From: Thermoanaerobaculia bacterium
GTDB lineage: Bacteria; Acidobacteriota; Thermoanaerobaculia; UBA5066
Length of the DNA: 64,000 nt
Direction of reading: 5' to 3'
NCBI GenBank assembly: GCA_963816185.1
Contig: CAWFJJ010000008.1
Span: forward strand, 160,001-224,000
Positions 61,028 to 64,000 of the stretch are shown here, one piece after another (within the stretch, counting starts at the first letter, position 1; each line of letters opens with the position of its first letter). The translations under genes and the position numbers were made by a program. The notes below the pieces were generated by a model that worked only from the letters and a program-made list of their open reading frames with translations, made no database searches and was not told the DNA's origin.

Positions 61028-63133
61028 TCAGCGTCCCGATACGAGGTCCTCGGGCTTCCATGGCGAGGCCGCGCCTCCGAGGGTGCGGTGGAACCAGTCG
61101 AGATGCGCGGCGTAGTAGAGGCCCATCTCGAACGCGTTCGGCCAGTGGCCGGCCTTCTCGAAGACGATGAGACGCGACGGGACTCCGCGCCTCTGCAGGT
61201 CCGTGAAGAACTCGAGGGATTGCGTATAGGGCACGCGGAAGTCCTTCTCGCCCGTGATCACGAGGCACGGCGTCTTGAAGTCCTTGACGGAGCCCGACGG
61301 GGTTTGCGCATGGTAGAGGGCCGCGTTCTCCCACGGCGCCCCCTTGAGATCCCACGCCGGGAACCAGACCTCTTCCGTCGAGGAGTACATCGCGCGCAGG
61401 TCGTAGACGCCCATCATCGAGGCGAGCGCCTTGAATCTCGTCGTGTGGCCTTCGAGCCACATGATCGCGTAACCGCCCCACGACCAGCCCATCGCACCCA
61501 TGCGGTCCTTGTCGACGTAGGGCAGCTTCCCGAGGACGTCTGCGACCTTCTCGATGTCGGTCATGACCTTGCCGGTCCAGTCGCCCGAGATGGCGGACGT
61601 GTAGGCCTGCCCGAATCCCGTCGAGCCGTGGGGATTCGGGAACGCCACGACGTAACCGGCACCGGGATAGACCTGCCAGTCTCCCCGGTACGCGTCCGCC
61701 CACTGCTGCTGCGGGCCGCCGTGGATGTTCAGGATGAGCGGGTACTTCTTCGCCGGATCGAAGCCGTGGGGTTTCACGATCCAAACCTGCACACTCTTGC
61801 CGTCGGCGCCCGCGACGGTCATCTCCTCGCCGGGACGAAAGTCCACTTCCTGCTCGAGCGCGGCGTTGTGCGTCGTGAGGCGTCGTCCGGTCTCGTCCGC
61901 TCCTTTCATGAGAGAGAGCCGAAACAGCTCGAACGGGCTTCCGATGCGGCGGCGGGCCACGGCGGTCCACGTGCCGTCGGGGGCGATCGCCACGCTGTCG
62001 AGGAGGCCGATCGACGAGATCGTGCGGATCGTCCCGGTCGCGACGTTCGCTTCGTAGAGCGGCGTGCGCCCTTTCACGTCGGCCGTGAAGAAGACCCGCG
62101 ACCCGTCCTTCGAAAAGGCAAAGTCCCGGAGCGTGTCGTCGAAGGCCGCGGTCAGGTCGCGAAGGGCGCCGGATTTCCGGTCGAGCAGCATCAGCCTCAG
62201 GCGGTCGGACTCGTACCGCGGCGTCGTCTGCCTCAGGAACGCGAGATATCGGCCGTCCGGCGAATAGCGGGGCGAGCCGTCGAAGCCCGCGTTCGTAACG
62301 GTGAGGTTCTTCGGGGACTCGAGGTCGGCGACGCCGCCGGAAACCGGAACCGTGAAGACGTCGGCATTCGTCGAGAGGGCGGGATCGGCGTCCCGATTGG
62401 AGGAGAAGGCGAGCTCCGCTCCGTCGGGAGAGAGGTCGAAGCCGTGCCCGCCACCCAGCTCGAAGACCGGCGATTCGAAGTCGCCGGGCGTGAGGTCCCG
62501 CAGGGATTTCTTCGGATCCGTCTCCCTGAGGTCGAGAACCAGGACGTGCGCGCGCTTACCCTCCCTCCATTCCGTCCAGTGCCGGTAGAGAAGCGCGTCG
62601 GCGAGGTGGGCTTTCAGCTTGTTCTTCTCGCGAGCCTCGGTGCCCGTCCGGTTGCACGCGACGTCCGCGCCGCAATCGGGAAAGACGTCCGCGGAAAAGA
62701 CGAGAAGCCGGCCGTCCTTGGAGAACGCGGGACTCTCGACGCCTCCGGGAAAGAAGGTCCTCTGCTCCGGCTCGCCGCCTGCGAGCGGCAGGAAGAAGAC
62801 CTGCGGGTCGCCGGTGCGGGTCGAGACGAACCCGAGCGTCCGGCCGTCGGGCGAGAAGAACGGATGTTCGTCGCTCGCTCCCGAGAACGTGAGAGGACGA
62901 GCGTTCTTTCCATCGGCATCGATTCGCCAGAGCGCGACGGTCCTCTTCTTCGTCGCCCAATCGTTCGTGGTCACGCTGTAAACAACGGTCTTCCCGTCGG
63001 GGGAGATCGCGGGCTCGCCGACGGTCTTGACGCGGTAGAGGTCCTCGAGCGTGAAAGCGCGGCGCGAGTCGGCCGCCGAAGCGGTGAACGGGCAGAGAAG
63101 GAGGAGAAGGAGGGCGCGGGGGCGAGTCGTCAT
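61028..63133 (-). CDS. S9-family peptidase (beta-propeller plus catalytic domain)
   Basis: Signal peptide; IHGGPQ, GWSWGG, DFRVP, GHW. Confidence 0.92.
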   Translation of the reverse strand: MTTRPRALLLLLLCPFTASAADSRRAFTLEDLYRVKTVGEPAISPDGKTVVYSVTTNDWATKKRTVALWRIDADGKNARPLTFSGASDEHPFFSPDGRTLGFVSTRTGDPQVFFLPLAGGEPEQRTFFPGGVESPAFSKDGRLLVFSADVFPDCGADVACNRTGTEAREKNKLKAHLADALLYRHWTEWREGKRAHVLVLDLRETDPKKSLRDLTPGDFESPVFELGGGHGFDLSPDGAELAFSSNRDADPALSTNADVFTVPVSGGVADLESPKNLTVTNAGFDGSPRYSPDGRYLAFLRQTTPRYESDRLRLMLLDRKSGALRDLTAAFDDTLRDFAFSKDGSRVFFTADVKGRTPLYEANVATGTIRTISSIGLLDSVAIAPDGTWTAVARRRIGSPFELFRLSLMKGADETGRRLTTHNAALEQEVDFRPGEEMTVAGADGKSVQVWIVKPHGFDPAKKYPLILNIHGGPQQQWADAYRGDWQVYPGAGYVVAFPNPHGSTGFGQAYTSAISGDWTGKVMTDIEKVADVLGKLPYVDKDRMGAMGWSWGGYAIMWLEGHTTRFKALASMMGVYDLRAMYSSTEEVWFPAWDLKGAPWENAALYHAQTPSGSVKDFKTPCLVITGEKDFRVPYTQSLEFFTDLQRRGVPSRLIVFEKAGHWPNAFEMGLYYAAHLDWFHRTLGGAASPWKPEDLVSGR

Positions 63134-63182
63134 GCCCCGAGTCTATCGGGGAGCCCGGCCGTCCTCCGCGCCCCGCGTCGCC

Positions 63183-63676
63183 TCAGCTCGTGAGGCCGTC
63201 CTTCTTTTGCAGGATCTCGTTCAGGAACCAGCGATTCTTCTGGTGGGTCTGGACGAGGCGCGTGTAGAGGTCCGCCGTGCCGATGTCGCCGGCCTCGGCC
63301 GCGACTTCCGTGTCCGCGTGCATCTCCTCGATGATGACGTCGAGCGTGGCGCGCGCCTCCGCGATCATTTCGTCGAGCGAAAGCTTGCCCTTCGACGGCT
63401 TCACGCTCGCGCTCGGGAGATAGTCTGCGGGGTCGCCCAGCGGCGCGCCGCCGACCATGATGGAGCGTTCGGCGAACTCGTCGATCGTCGCGTACACGAG
63501 CGTCGCTTGCTCGTCGAGGAGCAGGTGGATGTCACGGAACAGCGGCCCGTAGCTGAGCCAGTGATACTTCTTGTAATTGAGATAGGCGACGAGCGCGTTC
63601 GCCTGCTGCCGTTGAAGCGTCGCAACGACCCTCGCCGCGCCCTTGTGCCTTTTTCCTTCTTGTCCTTCTTGGCCAT
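63183..63676 (-). CDS. dps: Dps/ferritin-like protein, frameshifted in an A5 run near 63650
   Basis: KKYHW..GPLFRDIHLLLDEQ, IDEFAER, GDIGTADL, HQKNRWFL; GAGGAGG RBS before ATG 63676, which is one base out of frame. Confidence 0.85.
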
Positions 63677-63690
63677 ATGCCTCCTCGAGT

Positions 63691-63719
63691 AATTTAGACT
63701 AAGTCTAAACTAAGTGCAA
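63691..63719 (-). promoter_or_regulatory. dps promoter with palindromic operator
   Basis: TTGCAC-N17-TAAATT overlapping TTTAGAC-TAA-GTCTAAA (63693-63709). Confidence 0.7.
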
Positions 63720-63763
63720 GGCATTTATGCCCCTCGAAGAGGGTCAGGCGTCGTTCTTGTTTC

Positions 63764-64000
63764 TCAGGCTCCCAGGTACTCGACGTGCACGTACGTTCCG
63801 AGTCTCACGTTGTAAGCCAGGTACCAGCCCGCGTGATCGGGATCTTCGTAGATCACGATCTCGTCGCTGTCCCAGAGCCAGTCGTCGCAGGACGGGTAGT
63901 CGAATACGGCGACCGCCCGGGTTGGTCGCGAAACTGGGGGCGCTCGGCGGCGGGCCTTGCGGCAGGCGACCGGAGAGCGGCCTTGATTGGGCCGTGCGCG
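63764..64000 (-). pseudogene. 3' part of a hypothetical protein, apparently frameshifted or internally deleted, cut by window edge
   Basis: Reads [49 protein letters not shown]; upstream coding-like sequence (AHGP...FRDQPG) is in another frame. Confidence 0.5.

Overview
High-GC bacterial chromosomal window, most likely Acidobacteriota (Thermoanaerobaculia-like; inferred from gene families, not from a marker gene). It is mostly housekeeping: a TPP-riboswitch thiamine-uptake operon (TonB receptor, PnuC-type permease, NadR-type kinase), mqnA-mqnC, pruA, tRNA-Gln(CTG), glnS-gltX, rrf2-cysK, clpB-hsp20, queE-queC, truA-uppS-cdsA-dxr-rseP-ispG, rpe-bamD, tatA, a tetraether-synthase (Tes)-like radical SAM, a TIGR03960/DUF2344 radical SAM pair, queD, msrA, rlmN, pgeF and dps. 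No integrase, transposase, prophage or CRISPR array was seen. The most unusual signal is a ~130-nt two-part structured repeat with compensatory stem changes, present between queE and queC and inside the radical SAM/DUF2344 junction, with related branched hairpins and CT-rich footprints elsewhere. Also notable: a diverged promoter/5'-end duplication flanking a peptidoglycan-binding gene, an unfamiliar inverted-repeat operator at clpB, and many apparently leaderless genes. Several 1-2 nt frameshifts in simple repeats may be sequencing errors. All product calls come from motif recognition by eye; no database search was run.
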